From positions 32,001 to 96,000 of IMG/VR virus record IMGVR_UViG_3300008050_000022: 64,000 nucleotides of DNA. One strand, 5' to 3'. The notes under the pieces were generated by a model. It was given only the letters and a program-made list of their open reading frames with translations. It was not told the origin of the DNA and ran no database searches. The DNA is from a virus. Both the position numbers and the translations under genes were made by a program. Below are positions 9,557 through 18,711 of this stretch, piece by piece. Positions within the stretch are counted from its first letter, which is position 1; each line of letters begins with the position of its first letter.

Positions 9557-10839
9557 TGGCTACGTTCCGCTCCAGAAACAGAAGAAACGAGAGCAACCGA
9601 AACCGTCGTCGGAATCGCGGTCCCACCGCGTTCTGGTCTGACGAGATCAAGATCCCCAAGAAGTCCCAGAAGGCGGATGGTGACCCCATCCTCTTCCTGG
9701 AGGCCAAGTACCCCAACCCCAAGGCCGACGGCTACCTGGAAGACGACTACCCCGCGTACATCTTCCTCCAGGGCAAGGTCGTGATCCGTGACAAGGCTGG
9801 CAAGTTCAAGAGCATGCGCTCGGACTGCCTCCCCGGGTGGCGTCGCCCCTGCGACGAGTACCCCTCGGACGATCCCCGTGTGTACGACTCCCGATCCGAT
9901 CGGCCGTTCACCATCTGGGATCACCTCAAGGCCCAGGGCGACCCCCGAGTCGGCAAGGCCGAGCAGTACGCTCTGAACGCCCTCGATCTCCGTATGCAGC
10001 ACCTGGTCGAGAAGACCGACCGGGACGGCAGGGTGATCAAGTACAGCAAGGGTGACCGCGCTGGTGAGGCCGTGATGGAGCGCCGTGCCTGCGAGGGCAA
10101 GGGCTGCGAGCACTGCGACGATGGCCTGGACCAGGTGGTGGCTCGCAAGGGCTACATGCAGCTGGGCTCGGGTCACTACGGAGAGCACGGAATCCTCGGT
10201 CTCGAGCAGACCATCGAGGACAACTGCCGATCCTGCCAGGAAGGCGAGATCACCCGAGTCGCCCTGACGTGCCCCGAGTGCGGGGAGGTCTGCGCCGACA
10301 GCCAGGTCTTCGACGCCGATGACCTGGAGGGGCTCTACAACGAGGGCATGAACTGCTCGGAGTGCAAGGCCAAGGGGATCTTCCCCATGGAGGAGCTCGA
10401 GTGCTCCGAGTGCAAGCAGCCGGCTCGTGCCGGGCTCTCCGACGTCGTGTGGTTCCTCCGCAAGACGGGAGAGGGCAAGGACAGCAAGGTGTCCGCGTAT
10501 CGGAAGAAGGAGCAGCCCTGGTGCTGGCTCAAGGACTTCGACATGTCGGGCGACGATGACTTCGTGGCCGAGGACTACGAGATCGAGGAGACGGACGACG
10601 GCAAGTTCGCCATCAAGTACGAGTTCCACAAGGACCTCCAGGACATGCTGAAGCCCTACGACTTCAACGCGGTCAAGGGGATCGGAGTCCCGAAGCTGTC
10701 GGCCGCCAAGGTCTGCGACTTCCTCGGGATGACGGTTCCGGACGGCGTTGACCCCGGTGACGACGATCCAGCCCCCTCCAGCGGTGGAGGTGGCTCTACC
10801 CGCAGCTCCTCCCGCCGTCGCGGTGGGGCTCGCAGGTAG
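9556..10839 (+). CDS. Putative single-stranded DNA-binding / replication protein with multiple Zn ribbons
   Basis: Lies between primase and polymerase; strongly biased (high-expression) codons; about five CxxC pairs; RKTGEGKDSKVS resembles gp32-type SSB loops. Function is inferred. Confidence 0.5.
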   Translation: MATFRSRNRRNESNRNRRRNRGPTAFWSDEIKIPKKSQKADGDPILFLEAKYPNPKADGYLEDDYPAYIFLQGKVVIRDKAGKFKSMRSDCLPGWRRPCDEYPSDDPRVYDSRSDRPFTIWDHLKAQGDPRVGKAEQYALNALDLRMQHLVEKTDRDGRVIKYSKGDRAGEAVMERRACEGKGCEHCDDGLDQVVARKGYMQLGSGHYGEHGILGLEQTIEDNCRSCQEGEITRVALTCPECGEVCADSQVFDADDLEGLYNEGMNCSECKAKGIFPMEELECSECKQPARAGLSDVVWFLRKTGEGKDSKVSAYRKKEQPWCWLKDFDMSGDDDFVAEDYEIEETDDGKFAIKYEFHKDLQDMLKPYDFNAVKGIGVPKLSAAKVCDFLGMTVPDGVDPGDDDPAPSSGGGGSTRSSSRRRGGARR

Positions 10840-10850
10840 CAACCCCTAAG

Positions 10851-10880
10851 GAGGGGAGGGGCCTTCGGGCCCCTCCCCTC
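10851..10880 (+). terminator. 13-bp GC hairpin with UUCG loop (terminator/attenuator or stability element)
   Basis: GAGGGGAGGGGCC-TTCG-GGCCCCTCCCCTC; no U-tract; directly before the polymerase RBS. Confidence 0.6.
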
Positions 10881-10889
10881 GGAGGCGTA

Positions 10890-12917
10890 ATGCTTAGACC
10901 TGTAGCCGAGTTCATCGACTCGGAGAAGAAAGCCAAAGACGTCCTGCGCTACGTGATGAAGCACACGGACGTGGGCGTGGACACGGAGACCACCGGTCTC
11001 AACATCTCCCGGGACTACGTTCTGTTCTGGGGACTGGCGACTGAAGATCGCCGCTTCTGTATCACCGACGACGTGCTCCCGATCTTCGAGCCCTTCTTCG
11101 TAGACAAGAAGATCGACAAGCACTTCACCAACGCCAAGTACGACCTGCACATCCTGGCGAACTCTGGCATCCCAACTGTCAACGGCCACATCATCTGCAC
11201 TCGTACCCTGGACTGGCTCCTGGACGAGAACCGCAGAGGCATGCACGGCCTCAAGGAGTGTGTCTGGGATCACCTAGGTGACCGGATGCTCAAGTTCGAC
11301 GAGGTCTTCGGCAAGAAGATGTCCGCCGAGAAGCAGCCTCGCTTCCTCCTGGACGTGTTGAACGACGTAGACGGAGGCGGACGAGAGAAGGCAGTAGAGT
11401 ACGCCTCCAGAGATCCGTGGGAGTCCCTACGACTGTCCCTGTACCTCCAGGAGGCGCTGGATGAGGTTCCTATGGGTGAGGAGGGCAGCTACACGCTGCT
11501 CGACCACTTCTGGGACGTGGAGGAGCCGTTTACCAGAGTCCTGTACCGCATGGAGCGGAGGGGAGTCATGGTGGACACCGGCTACCTGGATGAAATCTCC
11601 CCCGGCATCGCTAAGAGGGTCGAGGAGATCGAACGATCCTTCAACGCCGCCGCTGGGAAGCCCGTCAACATCCGCAGCTCCAAGCAGCTTGCAGCCCTCT
11701 TCTTCGACGAGCTCGGCGTGCGTCCCACCAAGTGGGGCAAGCCCAGCAAGGTGACGGGCCTGAAGAACCCGTCCTGTGACAAGGAGGTAGTGGAGGCCTG
11801 GCGGGGAGGAGACATCGCCTTCTGGGACGGGGATGAGGACGTACCTCCAGAGGACTGTGAGGAAGAGCGGGAGATGGTGCAGGAGCTCGCACAGTCGTTG
11901 GGGGATCATCGCAAGCTGGCGAAGTTCCTCAGCACCTACGTCTATGGGCTGGCGAAGTGGACTGACTCGAACTTCAGAGTCCATCCGACCTTGAACCAGA
12001 GTGTGACCGTCACTGGTCGCTTGTCCTGCGGCGATCCCAACCTGCAGAACATCCCCCGGAAGGAGAACGACGTGTTCAAAATCCGGGATGCCTTCATCGC
12101 TGACGGGGGGAACATCCTCTACGTGGCGGACTATGCCCAGCTCGAGATGCGCCTCATGGCTCACTTCAGCAGGGACGCCAACATGATCAAGTCCATCCTG
12201 GACGGCACGGACCTTCACGGGTTCACGGTGTCCGAGATGAACATGGGCTTCTCCTATGCGGACGTGGTCTCGGCAAGGAAGGTGAAGGACTCTGGGGGCA
12301 AGTTGACTCCTCACCAGGCAGACGCTCTCCGAACTCGTAGTGCGGCCAAGGCCGTTGGCTTCGGCTTGATCTACGGGATCGGTGAGGTGAAGCTGGGGAT
12401 GCAGCTGGGTCTGCCGATCATCATGCGGCAGGGACGTAACGGAAAACTGCGTCCCAGCTGCCCTGAGGCGGCGAAGATCACGAAAGCGTACTTCGGAGTG
12501 TTCCCAGGTGTGCAGGACTTCATCAAGGACACGCACAGGGCGTGTAGAGACATGGAGTACGTGCAGACCTACTTGGGGCGCTACCGTCGGCTGCCGACGA
12601 TCAACTCGGGTAACAGGATGCTGGCCTCTCAGGCTCGGCGACAGAGTGTGAACTCGATCATTCAGGGATCGGCCGCTGATGTGGCCCGACTTGCGATGAT
12701 CAAGTGTGAGTTTGATCCCGACCTCGAAGCTGCCGGAGTAAGGCAGCTGCTGCAGGTCCATGACGAGCTCATCTTCGAGATGCCAGATCACAAGGACATC
12801 CGCAGGGATGTTCAGGAGAGAATCCAGGGGCACATGGAGCACCCCTTTGAAGAGCCTCTACTAGTTCCACTCCCTGCAGACGGTGCGTTTGCTGTGGCGT
12901 GGGGAAATGCACATTAG
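10890..12917 (+). CDS. polA: DNA polymerase family A (3'-5' exonuclease + polymerase)
   Basis: ExoI DTETTG, ExoII NAKYD, ExoIII YASRD; TGRLS..PNLQNIP; motif A DYAQLEMR, B RSAAKAVGFGLIYG, C QVHDEL. Confidence 0.97.
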   Translation: MLRPVAEFIDSEKKAKDVLRYVMKHTDVGVDTETTGLNISRDYVLFWGLATEDRRFCITDDVLPIFEPFFVDKKIDKHFTNAKYDLHILANSGIPTVNGHIICTRTLDWLLDENRRGMHGLKECVWDHLGDRMLKFDEVFGKKMSAEKQPRFLLDVLNDVDGGGREKAVEYASRDPWESLRLSLYLQEALDEVPMGEEGSYTLLDHFWDVEEPFTRVLYRMERRGVMVDTGYLDEISPGIAKRVEEIERSFNAAAGKPVNIRSSKQLAALFFDELGVRPTKWGKPSKVTGLKNPSCDKEVVEAWRGGDIAFWDGDEDVPPEDCEEEREMVQELAQSLGDHRKLAKFLSTYVYGLAKWTDSNFRVHPTLNQSVTVTGRLSCGDPNLQNIPRKENDVFKIRDAFIADGGNILYVADYAQLEMRLMAHFSRDANMIKSILDGTDLHGFTVSEMNMGFSYADVVSARKVKDSGGKLTPHQADALRTRSAAKAVGFGLIYGIGEVKLGMQLGLPIIMRQGRNGKLRPSCPEAAKITKAYFGVFPGVQDFIKDTHRACRDMEYVQTYLGRYRRLPTINSGNRMLASQARRQSVNSIIQGSAADVARLAMIKCEFDPDLEAAGVRQLLQVHDELIFEMPDHKDIRRDVQERIQGHMEHPFEEPLLVPLPADGAFAVAWGNAH

Positions 12918-12929
12918 TCTATTTCCCCC

Positions 12930-13463
12930 ATGGGGGAAGACGGAGCCGTACCCATGGACGACCTAAAGACAGATAAGCAGGTGGTGGCTCTCATCGACGA
13001 GATCAAACACCGCCTCAAGGCAGGACAGCCTTACTCCCTACTGCGATCAGACTTCTGCATCGCCTTGAACCAGCTCATCGAGAAGCATGGACTGGACTGG
13101 GATCCCCACAGCTACGCCCGCCTACCAGAGAAGCCTCTCATCAAGTGGCAGTCCTGGGAGTACGTAGGGATCGAGGTATTCCTGTGGGTCGATGACCTGC
13201 CTGAACACGTCAACCCTCTCACGGACCTGCCGACCATCAAGGAGAGGGACGGCATCAAGGAGGGGGATCTGCTCATCGTGGGTAGCGTTTTCGGCTGGAC
13301 AAAGGCTCGAGCAGGAGCGGTGTTGGCTGACGGGAGCATCAACGCCAAGAGCACCGCAGGATCCATGTTGTGCTTCCTGGAGTTCGCCAAGGACGACAGG
13401 AAGTGCTGGATCTGTAGCGGTTCAGGCAACCTGGCCGCCATCAAGAAGCTGGAGCTGAAGTGA
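12930..13463 (+). CDS. Hypothetical protein
   Basis: Coding-like ORF; alternative start at 12954 with GGAG RBS. Confidence 0.7.
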   Translation: MGEDGAVPMDDLKTDKQVVALIDEIKHRLKAGQPYSLLRSDFCIALNQLIEKHGLDWDPHSYARLPEKPLIKWQSWEYVGIEVFLWVDDLPEHVNPLTDLPTIKERDGIKEGDLLIVGSVFGWTKARAGAVLADGSINAKSTAGSMLCFLEFAKDDRKCWICSGSGNLAAIKKLELK

Positions 13464-13942
13464 GTGATCTAGGACAATGCCCTAACGGGTGCGGCGAACT
13501 CGTTGCTAATGAGAGGCGGGCGTACTGCATCGAATGCGGAGCTACGCCAGGCTTCATTGTTGGTGACCGCATGCCGATCACCAAGGTGATCGAGTCTTCG
13601 TCGATGAAGGACTGGTTCGGGCTAGAGGAGGAGCACTTCTTCAAGCCCGAGGACGTCAAGAAGATGTGGGCCGACTGCGATGACATCGTTAGGAAGGCTG
13701 GAGTCGCTCACGGTGAGCGCTTTGACGTCCCCTACACCCCCGAGGAGCTGGCCAAGTGGGCGAAGGCGGATGAGGCATACAAGAGGGCAGTGCTCGACCC
13801 TCTATCTGAGATCTTCGAGGAGTTCGGGGAAGGGATCAGAGACGCGATGGCCAAGTACCTTCCCGCTGTAAGGGGGTGCCCCGGCTGTTACCAACTGCCC
13901 GACCACTGCATCTGCCCGGAGACCAACGATGACGAGAAGTGA
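13460..13942 (+). CDS. Hypothetical Zn-ribbon protein
   Basis: CPNGCG..CIECG at the N-terminus, CPGC..CIC at the C-terminus; GTGA coupling. Confidence 0.65.
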   Translation: MSDLGQCPNGCGELVANERRAYCIECGATPGFIVGDRMPITKVIESSSMKDWFGLEEEHFFKPEDVKKMWADCDDIVRKAGVAHGERFDVPYTPEELAKWAKADEAYKRAVLDPLSEIFEEFGEGIRDAMAKYLPAVRGCPGCYQLPDHCICPETNDDEK

Positions 13943-14240
13943 GCTGATCGAGAGGGTTCTTGTTCGACTAGGCGAGGACCCTCTCTGGAAGGAGAAAGTT
14001 CCTGGGAAAGCGTCTGGAAGACAGGTGATTTCCCAGGTACTCAAGGGTACAATCGCTGAGCTGGTTGACGCCGTTGAGGACAAGATCGACGTCCAGGTTC
14101 ACGGCCTCGGGACCTTCCTGGTCTCGAAGCAGAAGGTCCAGGGCTATGACTTCCGCAACGGCAAGCAGTTGCCTGTCGAGAAGAGGTACGTGCTTCGGTT
14201 CCGGCCCGGCAAAGCACTCATCGCAGCCTTGGAGAAATGA
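13929..14240 (+). CDS. HU/IHF-family DNA-binding protein
   Basis: MTRSELI..., VQVHGLGTF, GYDFRNG, LRFRPGKAL match the HU fold pattern. Confidence 0.85.
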   Translation: MTRSELIERVLVRLGEDPLWKEKVPGKASGRQVISQVLKGTIAELVDAVEDKIDVQVHGLGTFLVSKQKVQGYDFRNGKQLPVEKRYVLRFRPGKALIAALEK

Positions 14241-14419
14241 TGGACAAGTACGCAGTAGAGATCGAACCCGGCATCGAGAAGACCGCCCAGCGCGGGAACG
14301 TCAAGCACTGCCAGAAGTGCGGCAAGAAGCTCTCCCAGAGCTCCAATGTGCCGCACTGTGCCGACTGCGGAACTCAGCCCTTCGAGCGGCATAAGACTCC
14401 CGATACCAAGCGGCGTTAG
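14237..14419 (+). CDS. Small Zn-ribbon protein with EKTA motif
   Basis: MDKYAV...EKTA...CQKCG...CADCGTQPFE. Confidence 0.7.
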   Translation: MMDKYAVEIEPGIEKTAQRGNVKHCQKCGKKLSQSSNVPHCADCGTQPFERHKTPDTKRR

Positions 14420-14472
14420 CCGCAACTAATCAATTGCGTTTACAGGCGCTCAATGAGCGTCAGGGGATACCT

Positions 14473-15711
14473 ATGGCTAAAAGAAAGACTGCTGCCCGGA
14501 AGGAAGGGCCGAAGCTGTCCCGCAGGGACAGGATCCAGGAGCTGAAGGCGAGGATCAACAAGAACTACGGCGGCAAGGGCGTGATGATGTCTGGGGACGA
14601 GTACGAGGCACCGTTCCTGGTGCTACGTCGTCCCTCCGGAATCGTAGAGCTCGACATCGCTTGCGGTGGTGGCCTGCCTGCAGGTGGTCTGAGCGAGCTC
14701 ATCGGCAAGACCTCCTCCGGGAAGACGACGCTGATGAACCAGTACTTCCGTCGTCAGCAACAGCTGCGAGGGGATGACGCCACGCTCGCAATCGCCATGA
14801 CCGAGCACAAGTTCGACAAGGGACACGCGAAGTTCAACTGCGGCGTGGTTCTGCCTATCCACAAGCGAGAGATCGCTGCCTTCGAGAAGACCCATCGCCG
14901 CATCCTCGACGACGCCGAGAGGCTCAAGATGTCGGAGACGTTGGGGGTCTTCGAGGAGATCGGATCGGACATCGTTGACACGCTGTACGAGATCATTCTC
15001 GACTGCGTGGAGGACAAGACGTTCGACATCATCGGGATCGACTCTTGGGGTGCCGTGCTCACGAAGGTGGCCCAAGAGGCAGAGATGGACGCTCGCATCC
15101 CTGGTGGTGCGGCTCTCATCAACACCATGTTCGTCAACAAGATCGCCGGCCTGTTCGCTGTTCCTCGAGGGGGAGAGATGAACTACACCAGTGTCCTGGG
15201 CGTCAACCAGTACCGGGAGAAGATCGGCGGCAAGAACATGCGGGCCGGTGACATGACCAACATGAGCGTGCAGGGGGGCAACGCCCTCAAGCACCTCAAG
15301 CTCCTGTCGATCTACCTGGACTCCTCTGCCTACTGGAAGGAGGTCCAGGGGAAGAACAGGAGGATCGGCAAGAAGGTCAAGTGGACGATCTACAAGGGCA
15401 AAGCAGGGTGCCATGACGGTGCCTCCGGTGAGTTCAACCTGATCTACGGCAAGGGTCTGGACATTGCCGGAGCCAACATGATGTCGGCTCTCAAGCGAGG
15501 GATCATTCGTCAGAGGGGGGCCTGGCTGACCATCGTCGACTCGTCAGACGAGACGGAGATCCTCAAGGCCAACGGCAAGGTCAAGATGACTGAGGCCCTG
15601 GAGAACGACCCCGATGTCCACGAGTGGCTTGTGGACGAGGTGGTCAGGTACGCCATCAAAGAAGAGGGGGCGATCGTCAACACCAACTACCTGCCCCCGG
15701 AAGATGACTGA
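14473..15711 (+). CDS. recA: RecA-family recombinase
   Basis: PSGIVELDIACGGGLPAG, Walker A GKTSSGKTT, IGIDS, VNQYR, GGNALKH; start reassigned to ATG 14473 (AGGGG RBS). Confidence 0.93.
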   Translation: MAKRKTAARKEGPKLSRRDRIQELKARINKNYGGKGVMMSGDEYEAPFLVLRRPSGIVELDIACGGGLPAGGLSELIGKTSSGKTTLMNQYFRRQQQLRGDDATLAIAMTEHKFDKGHAKFNCGVVLPIHKREIAAFEKTHRRILDDAERLKMSETLGVFEEIGSDIVDTLYEIILDCVEDKTFDIIGIDSWGAVLTKVAQEAEMDARIPGGAALINTMFVNKIAGLFAVPRGGEMNYTSVLGVNQYREKIGGKNMRAGDMTNMSVQGGNALKHLKLLSIYLDSSAYWKEVQGKNRRIGKKVKWTIYKGKAGCHDGASGEFNLIYGKGLDIAGANMMSALKRGIIRQRGAWLTIVDSSDETEILKANGKVKMTEALENDPDVHEWLVDEVVRYAIKEEGAIVNTNYLPPEDD

Positions 15712-16207
15712 GTTCAAGCCGTGTCCTAGCTGTGGGGCAGAAGGCTCCTTCTCGCAGTACATGAGGAGGTACCTCTTCCAGTGCTCCGAGTGCTTCGGAG
15801 TCTTCAAGCAGAGCGTCCTCGAGAAGCCGAAGAAGCGCACCCGTGCCAGCCACAAGGCAAAGGCACAGGTGCGTAGGAGTCGGAAGAACGAGAACAAACG
15901 AGCTCGCAGCATCGGAGGGAAGGTGACTCCTGGATCAGGAAACCGGGAGCTGCCTTCCCTCAAGGGCGACGTCGTCGTGGAAAACGTCCTCCGTGAGGAG
16001 GATAAGGAAACCGAGGCCAAGAGCTTCGTACTGAAGGCTTCTGAGCTGGAGAAGATCCAGATAGAGGCTCGAGCTAACGGAGAACTCATGGCCTTCCGAG
16101 TCACTTTCCTGGGTGGCCGGAAACCGAAGTCCTACGTCCTGGTCACGGAGGACGTATTCGACACCTTCATAGACCTGTGGAGAGCAGATGCAGATCAAGA
16201 CGATTGA
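15704..16207 (+). CDS. PD-(D/E)xK nuclease / Holliday-junction-resolvase-like protein with N-terminal Zn ribbon
   Basis: CPSCG..CSEC; E..R...GG..TPGSG...KGDV...EDKET. Confidence 0.65.
   Translation: MTEFKPCPSCGAEGSFSQYMRRYLFQCSECFGVFKQSVLEKPKKRTRASHKAKAQVRRSRKNENKRARSIGGKVTPGSGNRELPSLKGDVVVENVLREEDKETEAKSFVLKASELEKIQIEARANGELMAFRVTFLGGRKPKSYVLVTEDVFDTFIDLWRADADQDD
15978..16006 (+). promoter_or_regulatory. Internal phage promoter motif TGGAAA-N18-ATAAG
   Basis: Same spacing as the other copies; upstream of the Cas4-like gene. Confidence 0.4.
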
Positions 16208-17027
16208 AGACGGGCTGCGGCTCGGCAAGGAGAAGCTAGTAGCGCTGGGCAAGACCGTCTCCTTTCGAGCGGACCTGCTCGACTGGATCGAAGAGAACAT
16301 GAACCGAAACAGCTCCGACCGAGAGGTGAAGGAGCTCGAATGTGGGACGTGCGAGGGATCAGGAGTCCTGATATCGCGACCTCGCTCACGAGGAAGACTT
16401 CACCCCTCTTCGTTCAAGCCGGATGCCTGCTTGCAGAAGCACTGGTACGACTTGATCGACGACGGGGACGAGGTAGAGGAGCGGGGGAACTTCGAGGCCG
16501 AGACCCTGATGATCTTCCAGACGGGGCACTGGGTCCATGATGGACTGCAAGGCTTCGCTGCCAAGATGTATGGGGACACGTTCGAGGCAGAGGTGCCTGC
16601 CCGCATCGACGACTACTTCATCAGCGGATCTGCTGACGGAGAGCGAACCGTTCCTCAGCTGCGGTACGGCTTCGAGTTCAAGACGATCAAGGAGCAGCGG
16701 TTCAACGAGCTCACAGGTGTGAAGGAAGATCACATCTGGCAGGGCACCGTGTACATGAAGGCGCTGGATCTCCCGGTGATGCTCTTCATCTACTTCAACA
16801 AGAACAACTCGCACCTCTTGGAGTTCGTGTCCCCCTTCAATCCTGCCGTATGGGAGGAGATCGAAGAGACCCTTATCACCCCCGTCCTGGAGGCGGGGAA
16901 TGACGGTCCTGGGGCAGTGACTCCTCGCGGTCGTGAGGTCACCAAGTGGACCTGCAGGGACTGCGGATACAACCACGGTTGCCCGCTCTCCAAGTTCAAG
17001 CCAGGCCGCAGGAGGCGTAAGCGATGA
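16188..17027 (+). CDS. Cas4-like / PD-(D/E)xK exonuclease
   Basis: HPS...C, GHWVH, GSADG, EFKT, WQ..VYM and C-terminal CRDCGY..GC cluster; no CRISPR context. Confidence 0.8.
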   Translation: MQIKTIEDGLRLGKEKLVALGKTVSFRADLLDWIEENMNRNSSDREVKELECGTCEGSGVLISRPRSRGRLHPSSFKPDACLQKHWYDLIDDGDEVEERGNFEAETLMIFQTGHWVHDGLQGFAAKMYGDTFEAEVPARIDDYFISGSADGERTVPQLRYGFEFKTIKEQRFNELTGVKEDHIWQGTVYMKALDLPVMLFIYFNKNNSHLLEFVSPFNPAVWEEIEETLITPVLEAGNDGPGAVTPRGREVTKWTCRDCGYNHGCPLSKFKPGRRRRKR

Positions 17028-17593
17028 GTCGACGACGAGAGCTAAAGGTCAGCCCCTCTGACTCTGATGACGTAGCCGCCGAGTACGAGGCTGCGTTTGA
17101 TGAGGCAGTGGATGAGCTGGAAGAGAAAGGAGTGGCCTTGTCTACCTCCGCCCCCAAGACCGACTTTTGTGGGATCTTGCCCTCGAACCTGCCTGCCCTG
17201 GATTCCAAGGACCTGGGGGAGCTCTTGGGCCAGACGCAGACCTGGAGGTCCTACGTGTCCGGCCTGATGGCGCTAGCCGACGGCCAGAGCACTGCCCTGG
17301 AGCACGCCTTGAAGGCGGCCGAGGCAGAGGCACGGAAGCGCTTCGCCCACAGCGACGACATGAAGAAGTACGAGAAGGACGATGACGTGAGGCTGGATCC
17401 TCGAGTGGTGGAGCTCCGTGCTCGCTTCCTCAAGGCCAAGATCATGTCGGACTTCCTCTCCAAGAGTGTGGTTCCTTCTGCCGAGGGCTCGTACGGAGCA
17501 GTCAGCAGAGAGATCTCCCGCCGAGAAGGCGACCTGAGTACTGGGATGCGTACCACCAACGCTACCGGCAGGCGCCGGGGGCGAGGACGTTGA
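17024..17593 (+). CDS. Coiled-coil protein, possibly a UvsY-like recombination mediator
   Basis: Helical; DDVRLDPRVVE...SREISRR; sits in the RecA/nuclease cluster. Confidence 0.45.
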   Translation: MSRRRELKVSPSDSDDVAAEYEAAFDEAVDELEEKGVALSTSAPKTDFCGILPSNLPALDSKDLGELLGQTQTWRSYVSGLMALADGQSTALEHALKAAEAEARKRFAHSDDMKKYEKDDDVRLDPRVVELRARFLKAKIMSDFLSKSVVPSAEGSYGAVSREISRREGDLSTGMRTTNATGRRRGRGR

Positions 17594-18078
17594 CCGTCGT
17601 ATTCGAGTACCCCGGCCTGCCCTTGTCCGAGAACCGTGCCTACTTCACCAAGGGGAAGATGCGGATCTTGAACAAGGACGGCCGGGCGTGGAAAAGCAGG
17701 CTGCGAAGTGATCTGTGGGAGGCCCTGGACAAGGAGTTGAACGAGCTCCTGGATCTGGCAGGCGATGACCTCTGGATCATGGTCGGATACGACATCTACT
17801 TCGACTCCTTAGTCAACAAAGGGTGGCTGAAAGGAAAGGCGAAGACTCGCTATAAGAAATGTGATGCACGGACCAGGGTTAAGCTACTCGAAGACGCGCT
17901 GTCCGAAGCCCTAGGCATTGACGATTCGCGCTTCCAAGTCGACCACATCTACAAGTGGCATGACCCCGACAACCCGCGTGTGCGGGTGGAACTGACCGTC
18001 ATCGATCCTGAGGACTTCGGCGTGCCAGAAGGATTCATCGATGTCGAAGGAGGAGGCGCCGTGCCCAGCGCACGGTAG
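17590..18078 (+). CDS. rusA: RusA-like Holliday junction resolvase
   Basis: PLSEN..Y, KCDARTRVKLLEDAL, IDDS...K, PRVRVEL. Confidence 0.75.
   Translation: MTVVFEYPGLPLSENRAYFTKGKMRILNKDGRAWKSRLRSDLWEALDKELNELLDLAGDDLWIMVGYDIYFDSLVNKGWLKGKAKTRYKKCDARTRVKLLEDALSEALGIDDSRFQVDHIYKWHDPDNPRVRVELTVIDPEDFGVPEGFIDVEGGGAVPSAR
17828..17856 (+). promoter_or_regulatory. Internal phage promoter motif TGAAAG-N18-ATAAG
   Basis: tgaaaggaaaggcgaagactcgctataag inside rusA, upstream of the 18041 gene. Confidence 0.5.
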
Positions 18079-18418
18079 CTACAAGGATCGTGACGGGGTC
18101 AAGAGGTACTACAGATCAGCTAGCCGAATGTTTTGTTTACTGGAGTCGTACGACGCCTGCAGGAAGTGTGAACACACGGAGTTCGAATTAGAGCTGATCA
18201 AGGCGGACACACTCGTCGAGTGTCCCGTCGTGGCTGCGGCCCAATGTGGTCCAGGAGCCACTGACGATCCCGTTAGGAACGCAGAAATAGACAAGCTACG
18301 AGAAGGAGACGGACCACCAGATGCACTGACCACACTAAACACCTGCGTATCGGACATGCCCTTCCCGGTATGTCCAGGATGCCTAACGAGGCGAAAATGG
18401 ACGAAGAAACCAAGCTGA
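18041..18418 (+). CDS. Cys-rich hypothetical protein
   Basis: CPAH, C..CRKC, CPVV, C..CPGC. Confidence 0.6.
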   Translation: MSKEEAPCPAHGSYKDRDGVKRYYRSASRMFCLLESYDACRKCEHTEFELELIKADTLVECPVVAAAQCGPGATDDPVRNAEIDKLREGDGPPDALTTLNTCVSDMPFPVCPGCLTRRKWTKKPS

Positions 18419-18711
18419 TCAACGTCACGGAACTTGTGACTTGCGGCGACGAGCAAGGTCTCGGAGTCCTGTCTCGAGGGGCCGGCAAGAAGCGACTGAA
18501 GGAGGTCGTCATCGAGGGCGAAGATCCGACAGAGAGCGACCTCTGTGGGACAACTTCTCTACGAGAGCGAACCACCTACTTCATCCGCAAGTATCGCCGC
18601 CAGATCACACTCCCCCCATCCGTGGGAGGCGGGCCCTGTAGCGGGGATTGCCGTACCTACGGGTGCCCTACCATCGTCGCGATCAACTGCTCTAGGAACA
18701 TGAGCAAGTGA
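18397..18711 (+). CDS. Cys-rich hypothetical protein
   Basis: GAGG RBS, MDEETK...; C-terminal CSGDC..GCP...C. Confidence 0.65.
   Translation: MDEETKLINVTELVTCGDEQGLGVLSRGAGKKRLKEVVIEGEDPTESDLCGTTSLRERTTYFIRKYRRQITLPPSVGGGPCSGDCRTYGCPTIVAINCSRNMSK

Noticed and set aside
9553-15414. Long minus-strand ORFs 9553-10842, 11427-12842 and 14623-15414
   Set aside because: Mirror frames of strongly codon-biased genes (SSB-like, polA, recA), as expected in GC-rich DNA.
7131-15711. Inteins or introns in the helicase, polymerase or RecA
   Set aside because: Sizes are normal, motifs are contiguous, and no splice-junction or homing-endonuclease signatures were seen.
16188-17027. CRISPR-Cas system implied by the Cas4-like gene
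   Set aside because: No repeat-spacer array or other cas genes; solo Cas4-like nucleases are usual in phage recombination modules.
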